Source of the DNA: a virus
Lineage: Duplodnaviria; Caudoviricetes
Virus record (IMG/VR): IMGVR_UViG_3300028888_000001
Direction: 5' to 3' (one strand)
DNA length: 64,000 nt
This document shows, one piece after another, positions 49,985 through 59,093 of this stretch; position 1 is the first letter of the stretch; every line of letters begins with the position of its first letter. The notes beneath the pieces are model-generated. The model made no database searches. It was not told where the DNA came from and saw nothing but the letters and a program-made list of their open reading frames with translations. The position numbers and the translations under genes were made by a program.

Positions 49985-51655
49985 TTATTTTTGCTGATTA
50001 TTATTCTGAGCTTGATCAGTTGCACCTTGCGGATTATTACCAGCTTCTTCTTTATTATTCTCATCTTGTTTAGGTGAGGTTCCATCATATGATTTTACGT
50101 GAGCTGTAACCATATCCATGAAATCTTTACTAATCTGCTGAATAGCCGTAAGCTTACCGGTACAAAACGCTCTACAAACATCGATCCATTTTTTAGTGAT
50201 ATTATTCATATCCTGATCGGCTGTTTTAACTTTCTCTTTTTTCTGTTCTTTATCTTTTGAGCCGTTGCCATCAGAATCACCATCTGCTGTATTTGTAATA
50301 GTAACGCCAGAAGCATCAGCTGGTTTATCATTATCATCTCCGCCTTTTTCATCGGCCTCATTCAAGCTAATCCAATCACTTGAGGAATCATAATATGCTG
50401 ACTCCTGAGTATTTATTTGACCACCAGTACTACCGGTGTCGCCGTTATCAGTATTTTGTCCAGTTGCTGGTTTAGCAGCAGATTGTGCTGTGGGATTTTC
50501 TGTTTGATTAGTTTGAGTCTTTTCTCCGTTCTCTCTATTGACTTCATTGATAGCGTTAATAATTGCATTTCTAGATTGGCCTAGATTTGCTCTATCACGT
50601 TTAACGACATTAGCAAGATTCTGATAATTATATAACCAATCATAAATAGTTTGCATTTTTATTCCATAATTTGAAAGCTTAACGGTACTTTCAACTGGAT
50701 TATTTAGATCGGTTACGCCCATGAAAAACTTTTTAAAATCTTTAGCGACATCATCGCCTTCATTATATTGGAAATTCTTACCAGACATGAAAATATCCAA
50801 TATAGGCTTATAACCATCGGCTCTAAGGGCGTCAGCGTGGGCCTCATAATTAAATGGTATCATTTGAATATTTTGGCATCTGGACATCCCTTCAGCATAA
50901 TCACCGGTATACGTTATCTGAATTGTATCTTTGGGCTCTTTATTAAGAATAATATCTTTATATTTTTCTAGATATTTTCTTTTAGAATTTGAGATATTAT
51001 CTATAGCTTTCCAGAATCTATCTAAGATTTTATCCACAAACTGCATGAATCCATCGAATTTTTTAGCTACTGTATCTCTAAGCTGCTCAGCCTCATTCAA
51101 CACCTGAACAGATTCATTGATTCTATTAAAGATAAAATCTTTAATGATAAATTCGTTATCTATACAATCGGACAAATACTGTTCATAAGCTTCAGAATAT
51201 AGATAAGAATCATCGTCCATAGAATAAATATGACTCTCCATCTTATTCATTATAGGATCACCAGACTGATTAACTTTTAAATCAGTAGATGTATCAGGAC
51301 CGTCTGCATCGCCAGTTGGTAGTTTGGTATCTTCAGCACCATCTTCTCTCTTGAAGTAATAGTCTTTAGCTTTAATACCTCCAAGGCGTTGCTGTCTTGT
51401 AGCTCTAGTTATAGATTTTCTAATCTCAGTGGCGCCCATCTTTAAAATAGGCCCAGCTGCAATTTCATCTTTGCCATCTACTATATTTTTTGCGTAATCT
51501 ACTTCTGAACTGCTATGATCGTGGGTGCTTTGCCCTTGTTGTTCTCCGCTATCTATCGCTCCAGATGCTAAGTCATCACCTTCAGAAATCAGATCTAATG
51601 AAGCTTTTGCTCCTTCACTAAATCCAGATTCCAAATAATCAATATCGAGAATCAC
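49985..51655 (-). CDS. internal head protein paralogue
   Basis: GGAGG with GTG 51655; LNE-A site, amphipathic helix, YLEKYK motif. Confidence 0.65.
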   Translation of the reverse strand: MILDIDYLESGFSEGAKASLDLISEGDDLASGAIDSGEQQGQSTHDHSSSEVDYAKNIVDGKDEIAAGPILKMGATEIRKSITRATRQQRLGGIKAKDYYFKREDGAEDTKLPTGDADGPDTSTDLKVNQSGDPIMNKMESHIYSMDDDSYLYSEAYEQYLSDCIDNEFIIKDFIFNRINESVQVLNEAEQLRDTVAKKFDGFMQFVDKILDRFWKAIDNISNSKRKYLEKYKDIILNKEPKDTIQITYTGDYAEGMSRCQNIQMIPFNYEAHADALRADGYKPILDIFMSGKNFQYNEGDDVAKDFKKFFMGVTDLNNPVESTVKLSNYGIKMQTIYDWLYNYQNLANVVKRDRANLGQSRNAIINAINEVNRENGEKTQTNQTENPTAQSAAKPATGQNTDNGDTGSTGGQINTQESAYYDSSSDWISLNEADEKGGDDNDKPADASGVTITNTADGDSDGNGSKDKEQKKEKVKTADQDMNNITKKWIDVCRAFCTGKLTAIQQISKDFMDMVTAHVKSYDGTSPKQDENNKEEAGNNPQGATDQAQNNNQQK

Positions 51656-51671
51656 ATTTATCCCTCCTTTA

Positions 51672-52817
51672 TTATTTTCTAGCATCATAATATGAAGTTG
51701 GATTATCTAATACTTGTATTGCGTCATACAAACAAGTTCTATATTGCATATACATGTCTTTGATAGCATCCATCTTTGCTGTCATAGCCATGATAATAAT
51801 GTCGGTGTATTTATGCATTTGATCTACTTTTGCTTTGCAGTAAATATCTAAGTTTAGCATCATATCTGACGACATCATCATACCTGATTTGTCAACGTCT
51901 TTTCCATCGATCTTCTCAAGACCAATATCTCCAGGCAGAAGAGATGTAAAAGCTCCGATAGTGAGACCATTGTTATTCTTAGATATAGTAGAAATCTTCT
52001 TAAGAATACCATTAAGAGAATCCTCAATAATCTTATAGTCTTCCTTAAGAGATTTCTTAAATTCATCAAAGCCGAACCATACTTCAGCCATCTTCTTAAT
52101 ATCAGTCTCACATATATCTAACTCTTCAAAGCCATTATTGTTTCTATAAATTAAATATAGCTTACGTGCGAATTCTTGTTCAGAGATATTCTCATCATTT
52201 ATATTAAGAATATGAGCCCTAAACTTCTTATAGTCTTCCTCTAATCTTGAAGTTGGTACAGTATTATGAATGCTATCTGCATTTAGATCTGTAATTTGAG
52301 GATTGTATAAATCGTCAAATAAAGAAGCATTAAAATCATCCAGAGCTCTAATATTGGGGATAGAGCTGTCTATAGTAAATCTGTTAAGCTCTCTATCATC
52401 GCATTGATAAGTTTTCAGCTCTTCCAGTAAAGCTTTCTTATGCTCTGTGATAACTTTATTCTCTTTAATAAAACTCTCCATTGTAGAGCAAAAACTATCT
52501 ATCTTATCTTTAATAAATTTAAGAGCTTTCTGTACTATAGCATCAACTTGCACGTAATAATCTGTAAAGCTTTCTAATAGCATAGTATTAGACTCTGCTA
52601 CAGCCATGCTCTTGTATAGCTTAATTTTAGAATTAGTAAATGATTCGTTGACTTTCTTCAAAAATTGTATAGAGCTATAGAAATAGCTCTCATCCATATT
52701 TACCTTGGACAGAGCATCTAAACTTACAGTCTGCTGTTTATCTATTTCGTCCATGTCTAATATATCAAAACTAGCGCTTAATAAACTATTTGTTGGTACA
52801 AAACTATCCATGCTCAT
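51672..52817 (-). CDS. internal head protein paralogue
   Basis: Late motif at 52871; LLE-S site followed by amphipathic helix. Confidence 0.65.
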   Translation of the reverse strand: MSMDSFVPTNSLLSASFDILDMDEIDKQQTVSLDALSKVNMDESYFYSSIQFLKKVNESFTNSKIKLYKSMAVAESNTMLLESFTDYYVQVDAIVQKALKFIKDKIDSFCSTMESFIKENKVITEHKKALLEELKTYQCDDRELNRFTIDSSIPNIRALDDFNASLFDDLYNPQITDLNADSIHNTVPTSRLEEDYKKFRAHILNINDENISEQEFARKLYLIYRNNNGFEELDICETDIKKMAEVWFGFDEFKKSLKEDYKIIEDSLNGILKKISTISKNNNGLTIGAFTSLLPGDIGLEKIDGKDVDKSGMMMSSDMMLNLDIYCKAKVDQMHKYTDIIIMAMTAKMDAIKDMYMQYRTCLYDAIQVLDNPTSYYDARK

Positions 52818-52884
52818 GTAGGATTACTCCTTTCGATTTTATATATCAAATTAAACAATTATCAAGATGTCCGAGAAATATAAA

Positions 52885-52995
52885 CAAAAAATAATGGCCA
52901 AGGGATAACCCTTGGCCATATTTAGAGTGCATATCGCTAAAGTTACAAGTAAAGAAAACAACGACCAGTCCTAAATCCTAGCCATCGCCCTCTTT
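52885..52995 (-). ncRNA. candidate late sRNA (G-U-rich long hairpin plus terminator)
   Basis: Late motif 53006-52995; terminator 52893-52920 with T-tract; next gene has its own promoter. Confidence 0.5.
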
Positions 52996-53011
52996 ACAAT
53001 TATGTTAAAGT

Positions 53012-53120
53012 GAAAACCCCGGAGGCTATCAACCTCCGGGATGTTCAAAAGGAGAAACAAAGATGAAACTCAAACAAAACTATGATGTGAATCAAAGCGG
53101 GGTCCACCAATCTCCGCTTT
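53012..53120 (-). ncRNA. candidate late sRNA with anti-SD/anti-AUG seed
   Basis: TACA-TAAGAA-TA at 53131-53120; 5' hairpin AAAGCGG/CCGCTTT; U-rich seed CAUCUUUGUUUCUCCUUUU; terminator 53017-53041. Confidence 0.6.
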
Positions 53121-53152
53121 ATTCTTATGTACTATATAATGTAGAATTTTAT

Positions 53153-53434
53153 TTATTTTAACCTTCTTACAGTAATACGAACAGCATATGCTTCATTGTT
53201 TACTTTAACAATTTTTTCTTTGGCTACCCCATCAAAATTATAATTATTGTCATTATCAGAAAGATCCATAATATTATAATTAGGATCACTGCTTACGACA
53301 CCTCCTAGGGTATCTTCAAAATCAAAATCGGATGTTTCTGTTGTATCAATAGTTTCGCCTTTAGCGATAGATACATGATCTCCAACTTCACTTTCAGTAA
53401 AAACGCTTTGAACAATAGCATCGATATCAATCAT
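53153..53434 (-). CDS. small acidic late protein
   Basis: AAGGAGG RBS; FTE-S site. Confidence 0.7.
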   Translation of the reverse strand: MIDIDAIVQSVFTESEVGDHVSIAKGETIDTTETSDFDFEDTLGGVVSSDPNYNIMDLSDNDNNYNFDGVAKEKIVKVNNEAYAVRITVRRLK

Positions 53435-53449
53435 AATAATTTTCCTCCT

Positions 53450-55054
53450 TTAGATATTATCATACCTATTAAATCTATTACTTGTAAGTTTAGAATTTCC
53501 TATAGTATTAGACAGAATATCATATAGCATCTTATCAGCAAGATGCTTACATATATCTGGATCTGATACTCCTTTAGATAAGCTTGTAGCTTTAGCTATA
53601 TTATTCTCACAAGCTTTAATATCTTGCTGTATCATAGCTTTCATCTTAGGATCTAGACTCATTTTACCTAACTCAGCTTTCAGTAATTGAATCTGAGATA
53701 GCTGTAAAGATATACCTGTAGGGCTAGGATCGTAGATATTATTCAATATTTTAGCCGGTGCTGAAATAAGATCAAAAAGAATCCCTACAAATGGAGCTTT
53801 CTTAGTTAGCTTACTTATAGCAGAATTAGTTTTGACCTTATTAGCGTAGCTTATATAATCAGAACCATAGCCATACATCGTACAGAAAGCTGATGCCGAT
53901 TCTTCTTTATCATATCCTATAGGCATCATTATCCAAGTTAATGGATTTTTACTACGTCTAATAAACGACGTAAATGGTAAAAATAATTCAAGAGAAGCTT
54001 GCTTAATGAAGCTACTAATATTAAGAGCTTTATCTTTATTGCTCAAGCTCCAGGTTAGAAGAGAATCAAATGTATTAAGTACTGGAGCTCCTATCTTGTC
54101 TAATGCTACTTTAAGATATGAGAAGAATATATTAATTGGGGTATTAAAGCTTTCATTATTTTCATAGCCATATTGTAATTGGTCTATGGTGTTCTTATAC
54201 TCTTGTGATTGAGTAAAATCGGTTATAAATGGAAATGCCGTCATTCCCAATCCAGCAAGCTTAATGGATTTATTAATAAGCCCTACAATACCACCAGCTT
54301 TAATGAAATGCTCTTCATACTCTTTAGTACCAAATTCTTCTCTAGTTGGTAGCACTTTTGCATTTACAAGAGTCTGAACTGTATTATTATATTCTTCTTG
54401 GCTTATATTATCTGGCACTATTGCTTTCATAAAATTAGCAACAAACTCATCATAGTTTTGAGATAGAAGATTTATCTGATGATCTTTTATAGCTTTACCG
54501 ATGCCTTTAGCTTGGTTATAAGCATGCACAACAGAAGTTATAATATTGCATATGGAAGCAGCACCATATATATTATTTAATATAGCACTACCGCCATACA
54601 TACAAGCGTAAAAGCTATGGCCTATCTCACGTACTATAGCGGCCATTATTTCATCATTTGTAAATACTTCTGGATTGAATAATAGAGCTGAAGAAATATT
54701 TATAAGACAAATATAACCAGCCTCTTTATTAAACCTATATGTATTTTTATTGACAATGAAATTCTTGTCTTTATTGTTGGTAAAATTAAATCCGATTGGA
54801 ACTGTAATAACCCATGGGTCTATATCATAAACTATATTTAACGCAAAGCAGCCAAATCCATAAAAGTTTTCTATGTAACGATTAAACTTAATCATAGATT
54901 TATCTATATTTGCTTTAAAGACATCTGATGGATTATTAGCATATTTTAGTCTTATGACGCCTAAACATTCTTGAGCTTTATTTAATTCTGGAGATCTGCC
55001 AAAATAAAGCTCATTATATGGCATGAGCTTAGATACTATTTTATCCATTGGCAA
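53450..55054 (-). CDS. probable virion protein with degenerate zincin motif
   Basis: AAIVREIGH and EESASAF..MYGYG correspond to HEVGH and ELIADAF...GFG of 18644..19792. Confidence 0.6.
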   Translation of the reverse strand: MPMDKIVSKLMPYNELYFGRSPELNKAQECLGVIRLKYANNPSDVFKANIDKSMIKFNRYIENFYGFGCFALNIVYDIDPWVITVPIGFNFTNNKDKNFIVNKNTYRFNKEAGYICLINISSALLFNPEVFTNDEIMAAIVREIGHSFYACMYGGSAILNNIYGAASICNIITSVVHAYNQAKGIGKAIKDHQINLLSQNYDEFVANFMKAIVPDNISQEEYNNTVQTLVNAKVLPTREEFGTKEYEEHFIKAGGIVGLINKSIKLAGLGMTAFPFITDFTQSQEYKNTIDQLQYGYENNESFNTPINIFFSYLKVALDKIGAPVLNTFDSLLTWSLSNKDKALNISSFIKQASLELFLPFTSFIRRSKNPLTWIMMPIGYDKEESASAFCTMYGYGSDYISYANKVKTNSAISKLTKKAPFVGILFDLISAPAKILNNIYDPSPTGISLQLSQIQLLKAELGKMSLDPKMKAMIQQDIKACENNIAKATSLSKGVSDPDICKHLADKMLYDILSNTIGNSKLTSNRFNRYDNI

Positions 55055-55144
55055 TTTAAACCTCCTCTAGAGAATTAACTAAAAACACAGGGATGGCATT
55101 TAGCCATCCCTGTATCATATACAATATAACTCGCTAAAGGATAA

Positions 55145-55651
55145 TCAAAGATTACCAAAAATATCATTGAGCATGCCGTCGATATCAGCAGCTTCAGCGA
55201 CAGTGCGAGCCTTAATCTTAGCAGACTCTTGAAGCTTCTTAGCTCTAGCACGAGCTACAGACTCTTTATAGATCTTATTAATCTGGTTCTTGCTAGCGGC
55301 AATAACACGAGCTACAGACTCAGTATAGATACCACGAAGCTCATCAGAGGTAAGAACTGCACCTTCAGTAGCAGCAGCGGTTTCTGCACCAGCGCCAACA
55401 TGCGTCTGGATATCACCAAGCTGGGTATCGATAGAACCATCAGCCTTAACATCGCTCATCTCAACGCCCTGAGAATAGCAATCATCATCATATGTAAGCT
55501 TATCAGGATCGTTAGAAACATCTCCATCCTTAACAACGTCAGATGCGATGCTGGTATCTCCTACTCCCTGTGCATCTCCACCCATAGCGGAATCGATAAC
55601 ATCTTCAACATTATCTTCTGCACCTTCAAGAATACTTTCAAACCAATTCAT
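55145..55651 (-). CDS. acidic head/scaffold-like late protein
   Basis: Repeated ES/EG/EA sites (YTESVAR, YKESVAR); high-expression codons; terminator at 55088-55113. Confidence 0.65.
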   Translation of the reverse strand: MNWFESILEGAEDNVEDVIDSAMGGDAQGVGDTSIASDVVKDGDVSNDPDKLTYDDDCYSQGVEMSDVKADGSIDTQLGDIQTHVGAGAETAAATEGAVLTSDELRGIYTESVARVIAASKNQINKIYKESVARARAKKLQESAKIKARTVAEAADIDGMLNDIFGNL

Positions 55652-55675
55652 TATAAATGACCTCCTATTAAGATT

Positions 55676-56656
55676 TTACGAAATTTTCTGCAAGGCAGTG
55701 ATACATATTTGTTTAGCTTGAATATTCATTTTATCTAAATATTCAATCATAATACCAATAGCAGAAATAACATCATTTGTAGCCATCCTAGTATAATTGT
55801 TTAGCATGACACATTGATGTATTAGTGCTTTTGCATTATCTGTCTTGTAAGATTCGAATTTCTTTTTAAGTTTCTCTATTTCTTTTAACTCTACTGCAAG
55901 AGTCTTGGATGCTGATGAATTTAATTTCTTGATAATTGAAGATAGACCATCATATTGCTCAAGAAATTCAACTGCAGCATCTGTGTTGTATATGCGTTTT
56001 TTACGATCACCGAATAGAGCATCATTTAATGCTCTAGCGAAAGTGGTATCGGTAACATCAAGACGGTACCGATTATTGTAATTAAGCTTATCTAAGATTT
56101 TATTTCTTTGTCCAACAATCCAAGAACCATATACATCTAATTCACTGAGATTAAGCACTTGTTCAGCTCTGGTTAGATTCATGAGTCTTTCATAACAATC
56201 AATAACTTGATCATTAGCGAATCTTGCTGTTGTTTCAAGATTAAACATGTTGTCCATGCTATAACCATTATATTTAACATACTTGTCTCTATTAGATAAA
56301 GATATGATTCTAAGCTTATATTTCTTAAGAAACTCTTGATTATTAAGATAAATATCTCTGGCTGAAGCGATGAATTTTTTGGTAATCCCAAAAATGATTT
56401 CTAATACTCGCATTAGAAGCTTTGATAACGCAGACAATAATTTACGCACGCCAGAGAATAAATTTCTATCGCTAAATGCCCCTACAGTATCATCCTTGAA
56501 GTCGAATATATCATATTCAAGCATGATATGAGCATTGATAGTTTCGATAAAATTTCTCTGGCTTTCTGCATATAGTATTGCTGTATCTGTAGATAGATCA
56601 TATGGGGTCGCTTCAGTTGACTCATATAAAACTTTTATCTTTTGTTCTAAAGTCAA
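55676..56656 (-). CDS. internal head protein paralogue
   Basis: Late motif at 56695; GGAGG with TTG 56656; amphipathic helix and FLKKYK. Confidence 0.65.
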   Translation of the reverse strand: MTLEQKIKVLYESTEATPYDLSTDTAILYAESQRNFIETINAHIMLEYDIFDFKDDTVGAFSDRNLFSGVRKLLSALSKLLMRVLEIIFGITKKFIASARDIYLNNQEFLKKYKLRIISLSNRDKYVKYNGYSMDNMFNLETTARFANDQVIDCYERLMNLTRAEQVLNLSELDVYGSWIVGQRNKILDKLNYNNRYRLDVTDTTFARALNDALFGDRKKRIYNTDAAVEFLEQYDGLSSIIKKLNSSASKTLAVELKEIEKLKKKFESYKTDNAKALIHQCVMLNNYTRMATNDVISAIGIMIEYLDKMNIQAKQICITALQKIS

Positions 56657-56773
56657 CTTATAGATACCTCCTTTAATTTTTATTACCAAAATGTTTTGGT
56701 AAAATAAGGCTTAACCATATAAAAGCTAAGCCTTATAATAACTTAAAGGAGAGTTTAAAACCATGAGTATCTA

Positions 56774-57934
56774 TTAAGCAAACCTAATGGACTCAAGAAT
56801 GCTATTAAGATCCATATCATTAAACTTAGCAGATTCAGCAGCAGCGGCAGGTGCAGCAGCTCCACCATTATTGCCCTTTAAGGCATCTTTACCTCTTTGA
56901 ACAGCGCCATCTACTTTATCTTTAGCGTCATTAACGCGAGAAGCAAGTGCCTGCTTGCAGAGGGTTCTATTCTGTGCCATCTCGTTCTTAAGAGCATTAA
57001 TATATGCCGTGCAAAGTTCTTTACACATATCGGCAACGTACTTAACAAGATTTGCCTTAAGCTGCGGAGACTGAGTCTGCACGTTCACAGTTTTCTTAAA
57101 CTTATCGATAGCTGCAGTAGCTCTAGCTTGAATCTTCTCTGCGCCAGTTGTCTTTTTGCCAAATTCTTGAAGACCTTCGAATGCAACTTTTACTGTGCGT
57201 TCTATTGACTCTGTTCTTATTAATTTGTCAATGACAGACTTTGCGCTTTCTGCTCCAAAAAGCTCTTGAAGAAGATCTTTCTGAAGAGATTCTGCACTTG
57301 GATTAGAGCCAGCTTTAGCATCAATCAGCTTATCCATAGCGCTTTCGCAACCTTCGAGCTTGCCGATTGCTTTTTCAACTCCATCTTTATCGATAATAAC
57401 AGCTTCTTCAATTTTAAAGCTCTTATCTTTCATACCGAGCAGCGCAACTTTATATTTAGCGATGAATGCTTTATTAGCTACGTCAAAACTCTTGAACTTC
57501 TCAACTGCAGCTTTCCACAGTTTAAGAATGGTCTGCTTAATCTTCTCAAGAATCTCTTGGACTCTCTTGACGAAATTAGCACCAGCAGCCTTTGCTGCTT
57601 CTTTAGCTTCACCAGCTTTATTCTTAGCGGCGGCCATTGCATTGGAGGCTTTGTCTTTTAAAGACGCTTTCTCTGCAGCGCTGTCTCCATCTTCTTCGCC
57701 TTCTGCGGCTTCAGAGAAGTTAAGCAGCATACCGTACTTATCATAGTACTTAAGCTCAGCAATACCAACCTGCTCCATAAGAGCATTCCATGCCATCTCG
57801 GTTTCAGCAGCATAAATCATAGCTGCACCTTCACCGAAACCATATTCAGATGGAGCAACTTTCTCGCATTCTTCGTTAAACTTTCTAACGAGCATTTCCT
57901 CCTGAAGAGGATCGTTAATAGCAGTTTTAATCAT
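56774..57934 (-). CDS. abundant internal head protein paralogue
   Basis: FSE-A site, ILEKIKQTILKLW helix, FIAKYK; strong codon bias. Confidence 0.7.
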   Translation of the reverse strand: MIKTAINDPLQEEMLVRKFNEECEKVAPSEYGFGEGAAMIYAAETEMAWNALMEQVGIAELKYYDKYGMLLNFSEAAEGEEDGDSAAEKASLKDKASNAMAAAKNKAGEAKEAAKAAGANFVKRVQEILEKIKQTILKLWKAAVEKFKSFDVANKAFIAKYKVALLGMKDKSFKIEEAVIIDKDGVEKAIGKLEGCESAMDKLIDAKAGSNPSAESLQKDLLQELFGAESAKSVIDKLIRTESIERTVKVAFEGLQEFGKKTTGAEKIQARATAAIDKFKKTVNVQTQSPQLKANLVKYVADMCKELCTAYINALKNEMAQNRTLCKQALASRVNDAKDKVDGAVQRGKDALKGNNGGAAAPAAAAESAKFNDMDLNSILESIRFA

Positions 57935-57958
57935 TATTATATTTCCTCCTCTTCTATA

Positions 57959-59011
57959 TTAAAACAGTGGCTGAGACATAGACTCCATAAGTTTAGCCTG
58001 TGACTCATTATGGGATTCAAATGTCGGCACGCGCTCTGGTCCCTTATACATGAGATTCTCAACCGTGCAACCAGTGATAACGCACTCAAGCATATTATCA
58101 ACATCCATTTCAGCCTGCTGAATAGCAAACTCGATGAGGCTAGCTTCACCTTTAGGAGATGCAAGGCAAGCTGTAAGTGCTTTACGCATAGTGCTATAAT
58201 ACTTTCTCATAGCTTGCTGTCTTACAGAAAGCCAATTAAGGCAAATGGTTCTGTAATTCTTATAGCTATTATAAACGTCAAGAGTTTCCTGAGCGCCTTC
58301 TGTACCTTTTGCCATTTTAGCTTGTTTACGATACCCAGCAGCTTTCTTATTAAGGTCTCTCTTGTAATTGACTGCTTCTTTGGCATACTTAGCAAGCCCA
58401 TTACGAGCGTCGCCGTTACCACCAAAAAATCTTTCTACCGTAGCAAATACAGAATCTGCTTTTACGTCTTTTTTCTTCTCTCCAATGAAGTAATCTACAG
58501 TTCTTTTAAGCTTCTGAACGTCCTCGCTTGTATATCTGCGAGTTTCAAGCCATGCTGGAACGGTATCTTTAGCATCAGAAGTTGTAAATGGAGATTTTTC
58601 ATACCATTCTCCAATGGTAATATTAGAAAGATTCTCTCTCTTAACGTCTTTAATTCTCTTTTTAAGAGATTCATAGTCGGAAGTAAGAATCTTGTTAAAC
58701 TGAGCTACAGCTGCAGCGACAGCCTGATTGAACTTTTCACCAAGCCATTCAAGACCAGCAGCAACTTTTTCCATAATGGACTTAAATGCTCCGGATGCCA
58801 TTCTAGCAGCATTCTGAGCTTTATCTTTAACGCTTTCTTTGTTATTATCACCTTCAGCTGCTTCATTAAGCTTAATCTCAATTGCGTCAAGCTTAAGCAT
58901 AGCCTTAAGCATGTTCATATCAGATTCACATGCTTCTAGCATAGCTCCGCCAATGCCGCTATACATTTCAGCAACCGGTTTAAGATTACTATCGAAACTA
59001 GCATAAATCAT
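57959..59011 (-). CDS. internal head protein paralogue
   Basis: Late motif at 59078; LNE-A site and amphipathic helix; N-terminus similar to the 56774 gene. Confidence 0.7.
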   Translation of the reverse strand: MIYASFDSNLKPVAEMYSGIGGAMLEACESDMNMLKAMLKLDAIEIKLNEAAEGDNNKESVKDKAQNAARMASGAFKSIMEKVAAGLEWLGEKFNQAVAAAVAQFNKILTSDYESLKKRIKDVKRENLSNITIGEWYEKSPFTTSDAKDTVPAWLETRRYTSEDVQKLKRTVDYFIGEKKKDVKADSVFATVERFFGGNGDARNGLAKYAKEAVNYKRDLNKKAAGYRKQAKMAKGTEGAQETLDVYNSYKNYRTICLNWLSVRQQAMRKYYSTMRKALTACLASPKGEASLIEFAIQQAEMDVDNMLECVITGCTVENLMYKGPERVPTFESHNESQAKLMESMSQPLF

Positions 59012-59093
59012 AACGGTTTAAACCTCCTATAATTTTTCTTTTATACTTTGTACAAAATATAAAATTTACATTAATGTTTTTAGAATACTTGAT

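Noticed and set aside
53063-53161. 32-aa + strand micro-ORF with a good RBS (also MSIY at 56763 and MFRNKLRPTRMV at 44017)
   Set aside because: No promoter seen on those strands, whereas promoter or upstream mRNA and terminator polarity fit the antisense RNA; not formally excluded
58010-58939. 309-aa + strand ORF and other long antisense ORFs (e.g. 15552..16151, 14537..14983, 55229..55660)
   Set aside because: They shadow highly biased sense genes, lack RBS and promoter motifs, and have S/F/L-rich composition typical of antisense frames
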